Positions 33,954-44,070 of a stretch of DNA of 64,000 nucleotides are shown here, piece by piece. The DNA lies in assembly GCA_013822735.1 (NCBI GenBank), contig PNKZ01000006.1, positions 117,809 to 181,808 of the forward strand, given 5' to 3'. Made by a program: the position numbers and the translations under genes. Below the pieces are notes generated by a model. That model saw nothing but the letters and a program-made list of their open reading frames with translations. It made no database searches and had not been told where the DNA came from. The stretch is from Pirellula sp. Its GTDB lineage: Bacteria > Planctomycetota > Planctomycetia > Pirellulales > PNKZ01. Numbering within the stretch: the stretch's first letter is position 1; every line of letters begins with the position of its first letter.

Positions 33954-35324
33954 CTACGCGAGCAATTCCTTGATCGGAAAACAATCGTCGTGGGCCAGCG
34001 GCAGCGGCTGGCCGTGGTTGTCGTATTCCACGGCCTTGGAATCGATCCCGAGGGCGGCAAACCACGTGTGAAACAAGTGACCGATGTCGTACTCGTCTCC
34101 CGAAACGTACGTGCCGAGCTCGTTGGTCTTACCGACCGTGACGCCGCGGCGAATGCCGGTGCCGGTCGTCACAAGGCTCCACGCCTCGGGGAAGTGGTCG
34201 CGTCCGACATGCCCGTTGATGCGCGGGGTCCGGCCGAACTCCGAAAGGCAGATCACGAGCACGTCGTCGAGCATGCCGCGCTCGGCCAAGTCTTCGACGA
34301 TCGACGCAAACGCTCGATCGAATTTCGGCAGCAGGTTCGCATGGCCGTTGAAGTTGTCGCCGTGCGTGTCCCAACCGTAGCTGTTGACCTTCACAAACGT
34401 CACACCGGCTTCGAGCATTTTGCGACCGAGCAACATATGCCGACCGAATTCGGTATCGCCGTATCGCTCCTTATCGCGAGCCGAAAAGTTCGCTTCGTCG
34501 AACAGATCGCCGCGCTTCATCAGTTCGCGAGCCGTGTCGTAGACGAAATCCATCGCCTCGACGGGCTCGGCCGGATGCGCCGCCGCGAAACGTTCATTGG
34601 CTTTGCGGCGGAGCATGTTACGCAGGTCGTCGTCGGCCGGAGCAACGCGTTCGCTGCGCAACAGGTTCTCCGGCGGCTTGCCGTCGCCGAAGGCCAGCGC
34701 GCCGTACTTCGGTCCGAGAAAGCCGGCGTCTTGATAAATGAACCCGCCGCTGCCCGGCTTGATCCAGACATACGGCGGCAAGCCGCTCGGGCCCTGCCCG
34801 AGAAAGTTTGCCACGGCCGAACCAAAGAACGGATACACGACGCCGCGGTTCTTCGGATCACCCCGTTGAATGCGGCCCACTCCGGAAGAATGGGCGTTGT
34901 CCTTCGTACACATGCCGCGCACCAGCGACAGGTGATGCATCTGCTTTGCCGAATGCGGCATCAGCTCACTGATCTGAATGCCGGGCACCGACGTCGGGAT
35001 GGCCCGAAACGGGCCGCCGAATTGCGTATTCGGCTTCGGATCCCAACTTTCAAACTGGCTCATACCGCCGTCGATCCAAACGAACAGCACTTGCTTATGC
35101 TTCTTCTTGATCGCGCCGGTTTCCGCCGCGGCGAGCAGGCTCCCCAACCCGAGCGATCCTCCCGCCGCAGCCGCTCCGGCGAGTGCAGCGCCGCCTAAAA
35201 GCTTGCGTCGCGAAAGTCGATGCTCGCCGGGAGTGCAGAGCGGCGAATGCCGAGTGCTGAATGCGGAATGCGGAACGGCAGGCACCGTCGCATGCTCGCG
35301 AGGAGATTGTTCACTTTGCTTCAT
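33954..35324 (-). CDS. DUF1501 family protein (sulfatase-like fold, TAT signal)
   Basis: RRKLLGGAALAGAAAAGG, WDTHGDN, and GRDH motifs. It lies downstream of its DUF1553 partner. Confidence 0.85.
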   Translation of the reverse strand: MKQSEQSPREHATVPAVPHSAFSTRHSPLCTPGEHRLSRRKLLGGAALAGAAAAGGSLGLGSLLAAAETGAIKKKHKQVLFVWIDGGMSQFESWDPKPNTQFGGPFRAIPTSVPGIQISELMPHSAKQMHHLSLVRGMCTKDNAHSSGVGRIQRGDPKNRGVVYPFFGSAVANFLGQGPSGLPPYVWIKPGSGGFIYQDAGFLGPKYGALAFGDGKPPENLLRSERVAPADDDLRNMLRRKANERFAAAHPAEPVEAMDFVYDTARELMKRGDLFDEANFSARDKERYGDTEFGRHMLLGRKMLEAGVTFVKVNSYGWDTHGDNFNGHANLLPKFDRAFASIVEDLAERGMLDDVLVICLSEFGRTPRINGHVGRDHFPEAWSLVTTGTGIRRGVTVGKTNELGTYVSGDEYDIGHLFHTWFAALGIDSKAVEYDNHGQPLPLAHDDCFPIKELLA

Positions 35325-35389
35325 GGTTCCCGCCTCGATCATTATTTTCTTCCGGTTGCGGTTCAGCATTCCGCAGTCGGCATTCCGCT
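35244..35389. repeat. Family B GAATGC palindromic element flanking and overlapping the DUF1501 start codon (gaatgccgagtgctgaatgcggaatgcggaa ... ttcagcattccgcagtcggcattccgc)
   Basis: Read directly. Confidence 0.55.
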
Positions 35390-35396
35390 GTATTGC

Positions 35397-37046
35397 TCAG
35401 TGGTTCAAACAAAACTCCGTCGAGCTCAAGAGAGCCCATGTCAACTGCCCGAAGAGCTTCGCACGTTCGTTCGCATACTTCGTGACAAGCTCGCCGACTT
35501 CCCGGCGTTCGTCCGCCGTCGGCTTTCGCGAGAGCACGGCCAAGTAGAGTTCCTCCGCCGCCGCATCCGCGCCGCCGTCCTTCGCTTCGGCAAGTTTCAC
35601 GAGCCGGTCAACTAAGTTGCCCGAGTCGCGCACGGTGAGCCGCAGCACTTCGTCGTCGTTCGAAAGGAACAGCGCCGCCTTCACGCTCGGCGCGAATTCA
35701 ATCTCCGGCTCCTTCGGCGGATTCGCAAACGCCTTCGTAAACCGCTCACGCAGCGCGCCGGCGTTATGCGCTTTCGGGCCATGCGGGCCCGACGCCGCGA
35801 GATAGCTGTGGTACATCTGCTCGGCCGAAAGCGGCTTCGCCACGGCCGTACCGTAGGTCGCCGGCTCGGGCCGTCCGCCGCGCGTCGCATTCCACGCACT
35901 GCCGCGCGCGTAAACCTCGGTGAGCACCAGCTCGCGCAGCACGGCGCGCAGGTCGTACTTCCGGGCGAGCATTTCATCCGCCAACAGCTTGAGCAACTCC
36001 GGGTGCGACGGCGGATTGGCCACATGCGTTTGGTCGAGCGGATCGACCAGCCCGCGCCCCATCACGAGCCACCACAAGCGATTGGCGATGTTCTCACGAA
36101 AGGCCCGATTCTTCGGCGAGGTAATCTCTTCGGCCAATTTCTCCAGCGGACTAAACTTCGGCACTCCCATCGCCTTGGTCTTGCGATCAGGCGGCGAAAC
36201 GTATTCTTCTCCTTTCGCAAACGTCGGAATCGCGATTTCGCGCAGGCCCGGCACGCGCGGCCCGGTCGCCAGCGGTTTCTTATCGAACACCGACATAAAC
36301 TCGATCGGCTTCGTCATCAGATTTTCGCCGAGCGCCGGATACTTCACATCGGTCCGAATCGCCGTGTTGAGAAACACGGTGTAAAGCCCTTGGAAGTCGA
36401 CCTGCTTGTAGTCGTCGATGAAGAGATGATTGTGACATTGGGCGCACGCCAAATCTTTACCGAGAAACAACCGCCCGACGTCGCGCGTGAGACCGGGGTA
36501 ATCCGTCTCTTGTTGCCCGACCTTCGAGAGCCGGTTCACCGCGAAGAACGCCGCCCCGCGCAAGGCCGGATCATCGTCGCGCGGGTCAATGACGTGCCGC
36601 ACCAACTCGTCCCACGCCATGTTCTTCGCAAACGCCTCACGAAGAAACGCCGTCCATTCTTCGTGCTCGCCGCGACGTTCCATGAGCGTGGCATGAAACG
36701 CCTCGGTCATCCGTCGCGAGTGCTCCGGCGCCGTCAACAGCCGATCGACGAGCTTCACCCGTTTGTCGGCGGACTTATCGCTTAAGTAAGCGCGAGCTTC
36801 CTCGACCGTCGGCACGCGCCCGATGAGGTCGAGATACGTACGCCGGACCAGTTCGGCATCGTCGGCCTGCGGCGCGCGCGGGCCGGAGTACTTAGCTTCG
36901 ATCTGTCGGTCGATCCGCTTGGCAAGCGATTCCACTTCGGCGGCCGATAAGTTCGACACGAAGATCGACAAACAAGCGCCGACCACCGCGGCAGAACACC
37001 ACCGCGCGCGGTAATTGTTCGACCATGGTCGAAGTGCGGAAGGCAT
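35397..37046 (-). CDS. DUF1549/DUF1553 (PSCyt2/PSD1) Planctomycete-type protein
   Basis: DLIGRVPTVEE, CAQCHNHLFIDDYKQVDF, and C-terminus ALLSSTEFCLNH. Confidence 0.85.
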   Translation of the reverse strand: MPSALRPWSNNYRARWCSAAVVGACLSIFVSNLSAAEVESLAKRIDRQIEAKYSGPRAPQADDAELVRRTYLDLIGRVPTVEEARAYLSDKSADKRVKLVDRLLTAPEHSRRMTEAFHATLMERRGEHEEWTAFLREAFAKNMAWDELVRHVIDPRDDDPALRGAAFFAVNRLSKVGQQETDYPGLTRDVGRLFLGKDLACAQCHNHLFIDDYKQVDFQGLYTVFLNTAIRTDVKYPALGENLMTKPIEFMSVFDKKPLATGPRVPGLREIAIPTFAKGEEYVSPPDRKTKAMGVPKFSPLEKLAEEITSPKNRAFRENIANRLWWLVMGRGLVDPLDQTHVANPPSHPELLKLLADEMLARKYDLRAVLRELVLTEVYARGSAWNATRGGRPEPATYGTAVAKPLSAEQMYHSYLAASGPHGPKAHNAGALRERFTKAFANPPKEPEIEFAPSVKAALFLSNDDEVLRLTVRDSGNLVDRLVKLAEAKDGGADAAAEELYLAVLSRKPTADERREVGELVTKYANERAKLFGQLTWALLSSTEFCLNH

Positions 37047-37303
37047 GCGGCACCGGCAGGTGGAGGCGGGCGGGACTGGCGGCAAGTCAACTTCGGCGGG
37101 CGTCAGGCAGGTTGTCATTAGTCTACCCGGCCGCACCCATCGACCAAACATTATCTAATTGTCACTTCGCGGCCGAGGGTTACTGGGGCGCGATCGATTT
37201 TCTGCTCAAAGTCCGCTACGGGCGTTCCCTACAGAAACAGGGCAGATCGGGTAGAATCCCGCCGTCACGGTTGAAACCCAGTCTTTTGCCCCGGTCGTCC
37301 CCT

Positions 37304-37666
37304 ATGTTCGAGCACAAAACCGAAGGTCTACTGCCGCTGCAGGCCTTTGCCGCGCGGATGGCGCGCAGCTTCGGCCTCGTCACTTGCGTAGCGGTCGTTT
37401 CCCTGTTGTTGGGCACCGTCGGTTATTGCCATTTCGGCGACCTCGCGCCGGTCGACGGCCTGCTCAACGCCGCAATGATTCTCACCGGCATGGGCCCCGT
37501 CGATCGCATGAACACGACGGCAGGCAAGCTTTTTTCGTCGTTCTACGCGCTCTATAGCGGCGTCGCCTTTCTCTCGATGATGGCCGTGCTCACGGCCCCG
37601 ATCTTCCATCGCATCATGCACAAGTTTCATTTGGAAGAAGACGAGGACGCGGAAGGGAAAAAGTAG
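37304..37666 (+). CDS. 120-aa two-TM protein with an ion-channel pore-like core (Ion_trans_2-like: ILTGMGPVD...TAGKLFSSFYALYSG)
   Basis: Architecture is TM1, pore-helix-like segment, filter-like loop, TM2. The TAGKLFxxFYxLxG segment resembles the segment that follows the selectivity filter of K+ channels. Confidence 0.45.
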   Translation: MFEHKTEGLLPLQAFAARMARSFGLVTCVAVVSLLLGTVGYCHFGDLAPVDGLLNAAMILTGMGPVDRMNTTAGKLFSSFYALYSGVAFLSMMAVLTAPIFHRIMHKFHLEEDEDAEGKK

Positions 37667-37911
37667 CCGCGGAGCGGCGGCCGCATCTAGCCCACGGCGC
37701 GAGCCGTGGGAATACCCGCCTCCTCCACCATCCGCAGCCCCGGCGGGGCGAAACATCCGCTCGTATCGCCCCGTCCGGGACTGCCGATTTCTCATTTGCG
37801 CCATGTTTCCCACGGCTCGCGCCGTGGGCTAATATGTCGTCGCCCCTCACGGGGCTGCGTGCATGGCTCAACGATTGCATCGCACTTCCTTACGCCAATA
37901 CGCGGTCAAAT

Positions 37912-38793
37912 ATGTTCGCAACACTATCGCGCCCGCTTCTCGCCACGATCCTCGTGGCCTCGACGGCCTCGGTAATTACCGCCGCCGAAACCAAGATCAC
38001 GCCCGACGTCGTCTACGGCCACAAAGACGGGCTCGCGCTCACCTACGACATCTTGCAACCCGCCGAGCCCAACGGGGCCGCCGTGCTCTGGATTCAAAGC
38101 GGCGGGTGGTATTCCAATTGGCAGAGTCCGGAAAACTTCCTCGTCGCGGGGAAGCCCTATCTCGACAAGGGTTTCACCCTCTACGTCGTTCGGCACGGCA
38201 GCGCACCGAAATATCACATCTTGGAATCCGCAGGAGACGTCCGTCGCGCGGTGCGGCACGTGCGCGCCAACGCGAAGACGTTCGGCGTCGATCCTGAGCG
38301 GCTCGGCGTGACCGGCGGCAGCGCCGGCGGGCATCTCACGCTCGTGCTCGCCACGACCGGCGACGACGGCGACCCGAAAGCGAAAGACCCCGTGCTGCGC
38401 GCCAGCAGTCGCATCGCCGCGGCCGCAGCCTTGTATCCGCCGACCGACCTCCGCACGTGGGTCACCGACCCGCCCGAGGAGATTCGCAAACATGCCGGGC
38501 TGAAGCCGCCCCTCACGTTCGATCCGGCCCGAGCCGGCGACGTCTCGCCGGTGTTGCACGTGAACGAACAAACCGCGCCGACGCTCTTGATCCACGGTGA
38601 TAAAGACGCGCTCGTCCCAATCGAACACAGCACGAACCTCGTCACCGAGTTGAAGAAGACCAAGGTGCCGCATCGCTTGCTCGTCATCGAAGGGGCAGGC
38701 CACGGCTTCAGCAAGGAGCAAACGCTCGAAGTCGTCTACCCGGCGATGGTCGGGTGGTTCGAAACGCATCTCCTCAAGCCGGAGTCGAAGTAG
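37912..38793 (+). CDS. Secreted alpha/beta hydrolase (carboxylesterase-like)
   Basis: GVTGGSAGGHL nucleophile motif, and IHGDKD. Confidence 0.75.
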   Translation: MFATLSRPLLATILVASTASVITAAETKITPDVVYGHKDGLALTYDILQPAEPNGAAVLWIQSGGWYSNWQSPENFLVAGKPYLDKGFTLYVVRHGSAPKYHILESAGDVRRAVRHVRANAKTFGVDPERLGVTGGSAGGHLTLVLATTGDDGDPKAKDPVLRASSRIAAAAALYPPTDLRTWVTDPPEEIRKHAGLKPPLTFDPARAGDVSPVLHVNEQTAPTLLIHGDKDALVPIEHSTNLVTELKKTKVPHRLLVIEGAGHGFSKEQTLEVVYPAMVGWFETHLLKPESK

Positions 38794-38796
38794 CTT

Positions 38797-39780
38797 ATGC
38801 GTCGGGCCGTAGCACTTTCACTAGCGTCCGTCGTCTATGCGATGCTGCTAAGCACGACGCATGGGCAAGCGCCGGCGCCCATGCCTGCCGCCGAAACCGA
38901 GCCGAAGAAAGTCGCCGAGCCGCTCAAGCCCGGCTTGCACGAGCGCACGGTGAAGCTCAACGAACACGAGCGCAGCTATCTTGTGTACGTACCGAAGTCG
39001 TACGATGCCCAGCGACCGACGCCGGTCGTGCTTTGCTACCACGGCGCCGCGACCAACGGCGCGATCACCGTCGCTCTCACCGGCCTGAATAAAAAAGCCG
39101 ACGAAGCCGGCTTCATCGTCGTCTACCCCGACGGCACCAGCCGCAACGGCGTCGTCTTCACGTGGAACTCCGGCGGCATGCCGTCGCAAGTCGAAGAGTC
39201 GAAACGCGATGACGTGAAGTTCACGGCGCTCGTGCTCGACGACTTGGCCGTGGTCGCCGCCGTCGACAAGCGTCGCGTCTTCGCGACCGGCCTCTCCAAC
39301 GGCGCCATGATGTGCCATCGGCTGGGGGTCGAACTCTCCGACCGGATCGCCGCCATCGCCCCGGTCGCCGGCACGCTCTCGCTCGAGAAACCGAAGCCGC
39401 AGCGGCCGATGCCGGTGCTACAGATTCACGGCACCACCGATACGCTCGTGCCGTGGGAAGGTCCAAATTCGCGTATGCCGGCGATCGTTCGCTTTCGAGG
39501 CGTCGACGACACGCTGCAGTTCTGGATTCAACACGATGCCTGCCATGCGACGCCGCGCGAAGAGCAACTCCCCAACACGAGCGACGACGGCACGACGGTG
39601 ACGCGGCTCACGTACGCCGGCGGCAAGCAAGGTTCGGAAGTCGTGCTCATCAAAATCAACGGCGGCGGCCACACTTGGCCCGGCCGCGATATGAAGCTCG
39701 CCATCCTGGGCAAGACGAGCAAGGACGTTTCCGCGAACGACTTAATCTGGGAATTCTTCCAACGGCACCCCATGCCGTAA
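38797..39780 (+). CDS. Secreted esterase, PHB-depolymerase/LpqC family
   Basis: CYHGAATNG, and ATGLSNGAMMCHRLG. Its start is 3 nt after the upstream stop. Confidence 0.7.
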   Translation: MRRAVALSLASVVYAMLLSTTHGQAPAPMPAAETEPKKVAEPLKPGLHERTVKLNEHERSYLVYVPKSYDAQRPTPVVLCYHGAATNGAITVALTGLNKKADEAGFIVVYPDGTSRNGVVFTWNSGGMPSQVEESKRDDVKFTALVLDDLAVVAAVDKRRVFATGLSNGAMMCHRLGVELSDRIAAIAPVAGTLSLEKPKPQRPMPVLQIHGTTDTLVPWEGPNSRMPAIVRFRGVDDTLQFWIQHDACHATPREEQLPNTSDDGTTVTRLTYAGGKQGSEVVLIKINGGGHTWPGRDMKLAILGKTSKDVSANDLIWEFFQRHPMP

Positions 39781-39800
39781 ATCGTCATTCCGCAGTTGCA

Positions 39801-40460
39801 CTACTCGTAGTCGTGCCACAAGCGAAATCCCCCCTCGAACGCATTCGAGTTGTTGCCGAGCCTCGCGCCGGGCGGGAGTTCGTCGAGCTTCTTGGAGTTG
39901 CCGCCGCCGAGCACGACGTAGTCGGCCACAAGTGCCGCCTTGAGCCGCATGGTCACATCGTGCACGGCTCGCTGCCATTTCCGGGTGCCGAGCTTCTCTA
40001 AGCCCCGCACTCCCAAATAGTCTTCAAAGGTGTGCTCTTTACGGTACGGCAGGTGGGCCAATTCCATCGGGGCAATCACCTTGTCGATGATCAGCGTCGT
40101 TCCTAGGCCGGTGCCGAGTCCGAGGAAGAGCATCCGACCTCCTTCGTAGCTTCCCAAGGCCTGCATCGCCGCGTCGTTGATCAGCTTCGTCGGCTTGCCG
40201 AGTCGCGCGGTGAAATCGAAACCGACCCAGCCGCGCCCCAAGTTGCGGGGTTCGAGCAACGCTTTGCCGTGCACGACCGGGCCCGGATAGCCGATCGTCA
40301 CCACGTCGTAATTCCAATCCTTCGTCTCGGCCAGCAACTGCTCGACCATCTGGCTCGGAGTGAGCGAAATCCCCGAAGGGAAGCGGCGCGACTCCGCTTC
40401 TCCCGAAGCCCGAAACTTGACGTTGGTACCGCCGATGTCGATCGCCAAAACTTTCTGCAT
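39801..40460 (-). CDS. ROK-family / polyphosphate glucokinase-like sugar kinase
   Basis: LAIDIGGTNVKF, and the GLGTGLGTTLI motif. Confidence 0.75.
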   Translation of the reverse strand: MQKVLAIDIGGTNVKFRASGEAESRRFPSGISLTPSQMVEQLLAETKDWNYDVVTIGYPGPVVHGKALLEPRNLGRGWVGFDFTARLGKPTKLINDAAMQALGSYEGGRMLFLGLGTGLGTTLIIDKVIAPMELAHLPYRKEHTFEDYLGVRGLEKLGTRKWQRAVHDVTMRLKAALVADYVVLGGGNSKKLDELPPGARLGNNSNAFEGGFRLWHDYE

Positions 40461-40616
40461 GGTGGGCCGATTTAATGGGTCAGGTCAAAGGTGCTTGGGG
40501 AAACCGAAAGCAACGGTTGTCGGCATCGAGGCTGCCGCACACCAGCATACCTTACCGCGAAGCGAAGAAGTTTTGTTGACCCCGTCGATTAATCACCCCT
40601 ATAGTAGGGTCGTCGG

Positions 40617-42809
40617 ATGTTTGGCGCGATTTTGCCTTGCAGTCCGACTCTCCGTCCCATCTCCGCCGTGTCGTCTCCACACGTTCGCTGTTGCGCGAAG
40701 GAAACCATTGTGAGCGTACCGCCGTCGTTAGGATCTGACGCGTCGTCGGTGCCCTTGGGAAGGGTTGTTTACACGGCAGTGCCGTACGTCGCCGAGCCGG
40801 TGATGGAGGAAGTCGCGGCAGCCGCACCACACACCGCGAGTGCGCCTCCGGCGAACGCCGCTGCAAGTGCGCCGGACGACGAAGAGCCCGTCGCAGGCGA
40901 AGCGCGGATCAACATCGGCCGCGATCTCATGTTTTCGGTCTTGGCCTGTCTCTCGTCGGCCGTCGTCCACTTCGCGCTCATTCTCATGCTCGGCCTCTGG
41001 ATCACGCCGCAATTGGTCCGCCCGACCGTGCAGATCATTGAAGCCTCGGTCGAAGAGCGGCCGGTCGACGAAGTCGTACAACGGCTCGACAAGAATCTGA
41101 AGCCCGCGACGCAGCTCGCGACCGCTTCATCGGCCTCGGCCAGTTCTTCATCGATCGCCATGGCAAGCATGTCGCAAGCGACGCAAGTCGCCGTTCCCAA
41201 ACTGAATACGACCATCGTCGATCGCCCGACGGCCGTGCATGTCGATGTCGGCGCGGTAAACGTCTTCACGACCACCGGGACGACGTTCGCCGCCAGCGTG
41301 CCGCAAGGTACGCTCGGCGAAGCACTCACCGCGGCCGACGGTTACGGCACCGCGATGGACATTCTCACCCAAGAAATTCTCAACAAGCTGGCTCGCGGTA
41401 AGGTGCTCGTCGTTTGGGTCTTCGACCAATCGCTCTCGATGAAAGACGATCAGGCCGAGATTCGCGACCGCATCGAGAAGGTGTACGAAGAACTCGGGCT
41501 CTCCAGCGCCGCCGGCGGCGACGCTCTTTGGACCGGCGTCGTCAGTTACGGCAAAAACTTCGCCGTGCACACCCCGAAGCCGACGACTTTCCTCAAGGAA
41601 ATCAAAGCGGCCATCGACCAAGTACCGGTCGACGAATCGGGCGAGGAATTCATGTGCCAAGCCGTCGGGCAGGCCGTGAACAACTTCCGACAGTTCAGCG
41701 GCGCCGGCAGCGGACGACAACTGATGCTCGTGCTTGTAAGCGACGAGAGCGGCAACCCCGACGACAACCAGCGCTCGCTCGAGCCGACGATCAAGGCCTG
41801 CAAAGATGCCAAGGCCGGCGTCTACGTGCTCGGGCGCGAAGCGGTATTCGGTTATCCCTTCGCGCATATGAACTGGACCGTCACGCGACCTGCCGTCGGC
41901 GGCGGAACGCCGCTGACGCGCAGTTACGTCGTGCCGGTCGATCGCGGCCCGGAAACCCCGATGGTCGAAATGCTGCAGACCGAAGGGTACCAAAAGCGAT
42001 TCGACGCCCACCCCAGCGGCTTCGGGCCGTACGAGCAAGTGCGGATGGCGCGCGAAACGGGGGGCATGTTCCTGATGTTACCGAGCCCGGAACTCGGCTT
42101 GTTCCGTCGCGACACCACGGTGTTCGACTTAGAACTCATGCGCCCATACCTGCCCGACCTACGAAGCCGCGACCAATATGCTCACGAGCGTGATTACTCG
42201 CCGCTTCGTTCGCTGATCTGGAAAGTGGTGAACGACCTCAACCCGTACAAGCCGGAGATCGGCCGCTATATCAATCTCGCCCAGAGGTTCTCCGGCGACC
42301 GTGCGACGTGGAACCGCGAGATGGATGCGGAGATCGCCAAGGCGCGGCAATACGTCCTCTACCTCGATGCGGCCGAGAAAGCACTGCGTGGATCTAGGAA
42401 CCTGCGCGATCGTGAAAAAGAACCGCGCTGGCGGGCCCACTACGACCTGATCCTCGCGCAAGTCGTGGCGTACAAGGCTCGCGTGTATGAATACGGAGCG
42501 TACCTCGCAAACTTCAAGGTAAACCCGAAGCCGTTCGATCCGCCGACTGCGAATCGCGTGCTAGGACGTTGGGATTTGCGCGAGCGCGGCAAGACTGTGG
42601 CCGATAAGATCACGAAACCTCTGGCGGAAGACGCGGCCAATCAGTTTCGAGCGATCATCGCCGAATACGACGGCACTCCCTGGGCCACGCGCGCCGAGTA
42701 TGAGCTTTCGCGCGGCTTCGGCATCGATCTCGTGCCGGTCTACTTCAACCCCAACCCGCCGCTGAACCCGCGTCGCCCCGTAACGCCGTTCGCCCCGCCG
42801 AAGATCTGA
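40617..42809 (+). CDS. Large membrane-anchored vWA-domain protein (start uncertain)
   Basis: One TM segment (FALILMLGLWI), then vWA motifs VLVVWVFDQSLSM and LVLVSDESGN, and a long C-terminal domain I do not recognise. Confidence 0.6.
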   Translation: MFGAILPCSPTLRPISAVSSPHVRCCAKETIVSVPPSLGSDASSVPLGRVVYTAVPYVAEPVMEEVAAAAPHTASAPPANAAASAPDDEEPVAGEARINIGRDLMFSVLACLSSAVVHFALILMLGLWITPQLVRPTVQIIEASVEERPVDEVVQRLDKNLKPATQLATASSASASSSSIAMASMSQATQVAVPKLNTTIVDRPTAVHVDVGAVNVFTTTGTTFAASVPQGTLGEALTAADGYGTAMDILTQEILNKLARGKVLVVWVFDQSLSMKDDQAEIRDRIEKVYEELGLSSAAGGDALWTGVVSYGKNFAVHTPKPTTFLKEIKAAIDQVPVDESGEEFMCQAVGQAVNNFRQFSGAGSGRQLMLVLVSDESGNPDDNQRSLEPTIKACKDAKAGVYVLGREAVFGYPFAHMNWTVTRPAVGGGTPLTRSYVVPVDRGPETPMVEMLQTEGYQKRFDAHPSGFGPYEQVRMARETGGMFLMLPSPELGLFRRDTTVFDLELMRPYLPDLRSRDQYAHERDYSPLRSLIWKVVNDLNPYKPEIGRYINLAQRFSGDRATWNREMDAEIAKARQYVLYLDAAEKALRGSRNLRDREKEPRWRAHYDLILAQVVAYKARVYEYGAYLANFKVNPKPFDPPTANRVLGRWDLRERGKTVADKITKPLAEDAANQFRAIIAEYDGTPWATRAEYELSRGFGIDLVPVYFNPNPPLNPRRPVTPFAPPKI

Positions 42810-42928
42810 ACGATCGATGAGGGGTGGCTGGGGCAGAACATCGTGATGCCCCAGAGCGTGATGACGTACAGACTGGGGATTCCGCCTTCGGCGACAGCCC
42901 CGGCCACCCGACAGTGACCGTGCAAAGA

Positions 42929-44056
42929 TCACTCGATCTCAAACACCCGCTCCAGCAGCGGCGGCAGCACGTCGACCTGCTCCGCTTCGAGATCATGGTC
43001 GAACGCCCGGAGCGGCGAGTTGCCGCAAAGATCTTCCAGCACCGGGTCGACCTTCAGCGTGTAGCCGCCGGCCGTCCAACGGGTTGTCGGCGTCCAAGTC
43101 CAACGGCGTCCGTCGTCGGAAACTTCGGCACGGCCGAGCAAGTCTTGGCCCGTGTCGTCGACGAGCGTGAGCGCGCGCAAGGCGAGATGCCGATCGAGCG
43201 GCCGATCCAACGTAACGACCAACGGCTCGCGCGAGGCGGACTTCGGCGCGGCGATCGACCAGGCGGCGACGTCGACGCGCGATCGCAGCTCCGGCGCGGT
43301 CGTGAACGAGTAACGAAACGCCCGCGCGAGCGGCATGCCGGCCCCATCGACGAGATCGGTACCGACGACGAGCGTGTATTGCTTCCCCGGCTCCAGCACC
43401 GGTCCGAAGTCGTCGCGCAGGTTCACCCCTTGCTTAATCCGGCCGGGATGCACAAAGAGCGAGAGCCGCGTGGCGTCGGCGTTCCAAAGTTCCAAATCGC
43501 GCCACGGGGCGACGAGTTCCTTGCCGCCGGCGTCGAGCAGCCGCACCTGCTCGAGCACCACGCGTCCCTGGCGCATCGGCGCGGAGAAGGTGACGTAGAA
43601 CTTCAGCACGTTGGCCGGCAACGTCGGCAGATGCGGGGAGACGCCGGCCACGACGGTCGTCGAGGCTCGTTGCAACATCGGCACCGCGTATTGGGCGGCC
43701 GCTAAATGAGGACTCCGGGGACCATCGCCGGCAAACGATTCCGCCTCGTAAGCGGCGCCGCGCACCAGGACGAATCGCGGGCGAAACAGGAGCTTACCGC
43801 CACGAAGCTCGTAACTCCCAAACATGGGCGTCGGCGGTCGACCAGCGGCGTCGCCGACGAGCGAAAGCGTGAGCCAAGCCCGCCCCGCCGGTTCGGCGAT
43901 CGGTCCGTCAGCGCCGAGCTTCGCGACTTCCTCCGGCGTAAGCGAGCGTGAAACAATCACGCGCGTCGGCTCGCCGTCGACCGTGATCGTCGGCGAGCCG
44001 GCATCTGCCGCGAGTGCGGCGCCGAGCGTCAGAAGTAGCAACGTCGCAGACATCAT
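42929..44056 (-). CDS. Secreted hypothetical protein
   Basis: Sec signal peptide MMSATLLLLTLGAALAADA, and normal amino-acid composition. The antisense Arg-rich ORF is rejected. Confidence 0.5.
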   Translation of the reverse strand: MMSATLLLLTLGAALAADAGSPTITVDGEPTRVIVSRSLTPEEVAKLGADGPIAEPAGRAWLTLSLVGDAAGRPPTPMFGSYELRGGKLLFRPRFVLVRGAAYEAESFAGDGPRSPHLAAAQYAVPMLQRASTTVVAGVSPHLPTLPANVLKFYVTFSAPMRQGRVVLEQVRLLDAGGKELVAPWRDLELWNADATRLSLFVHPGRIKQGVNLRDDFGPVLEPGKQYTLVVGTDLVDGAGMPLARAFRYSFTTAPELRSRVDVAAWSIAAPKSASREPLVVTLDRPLDRHLALRALTLVDDTGQDLLGRAEVSDDGRRWTWTPTTRWTAGGYTLKVDPVLEDLCGNSPLRAFDHDLEAEQVDVLPPLLERVFEIE

Positions 44057-44070
44057 GGAACCGCGACCCC

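Noticed and set aside
37304-37666. Calling this a bona fide potassium channel
   Set aside because: The filter lacks the GYG triplet (TGMGP instead). Only channel-like pore architecture is claimed, not K+ selectivity.
37328-37813. 161-aa minus-strand ORF overlapping the channel-like gene
   Set aside because: Arg/Gly-rich, with no hydrophobic segments or motifs. The + strand 120-aa product has coherent TM architecture.
42824-43705. 293-aa + strand ORF
   Set aside because: Antisense of a signal-peptide-bearing secreted protein gene. It has extreme Arg content.
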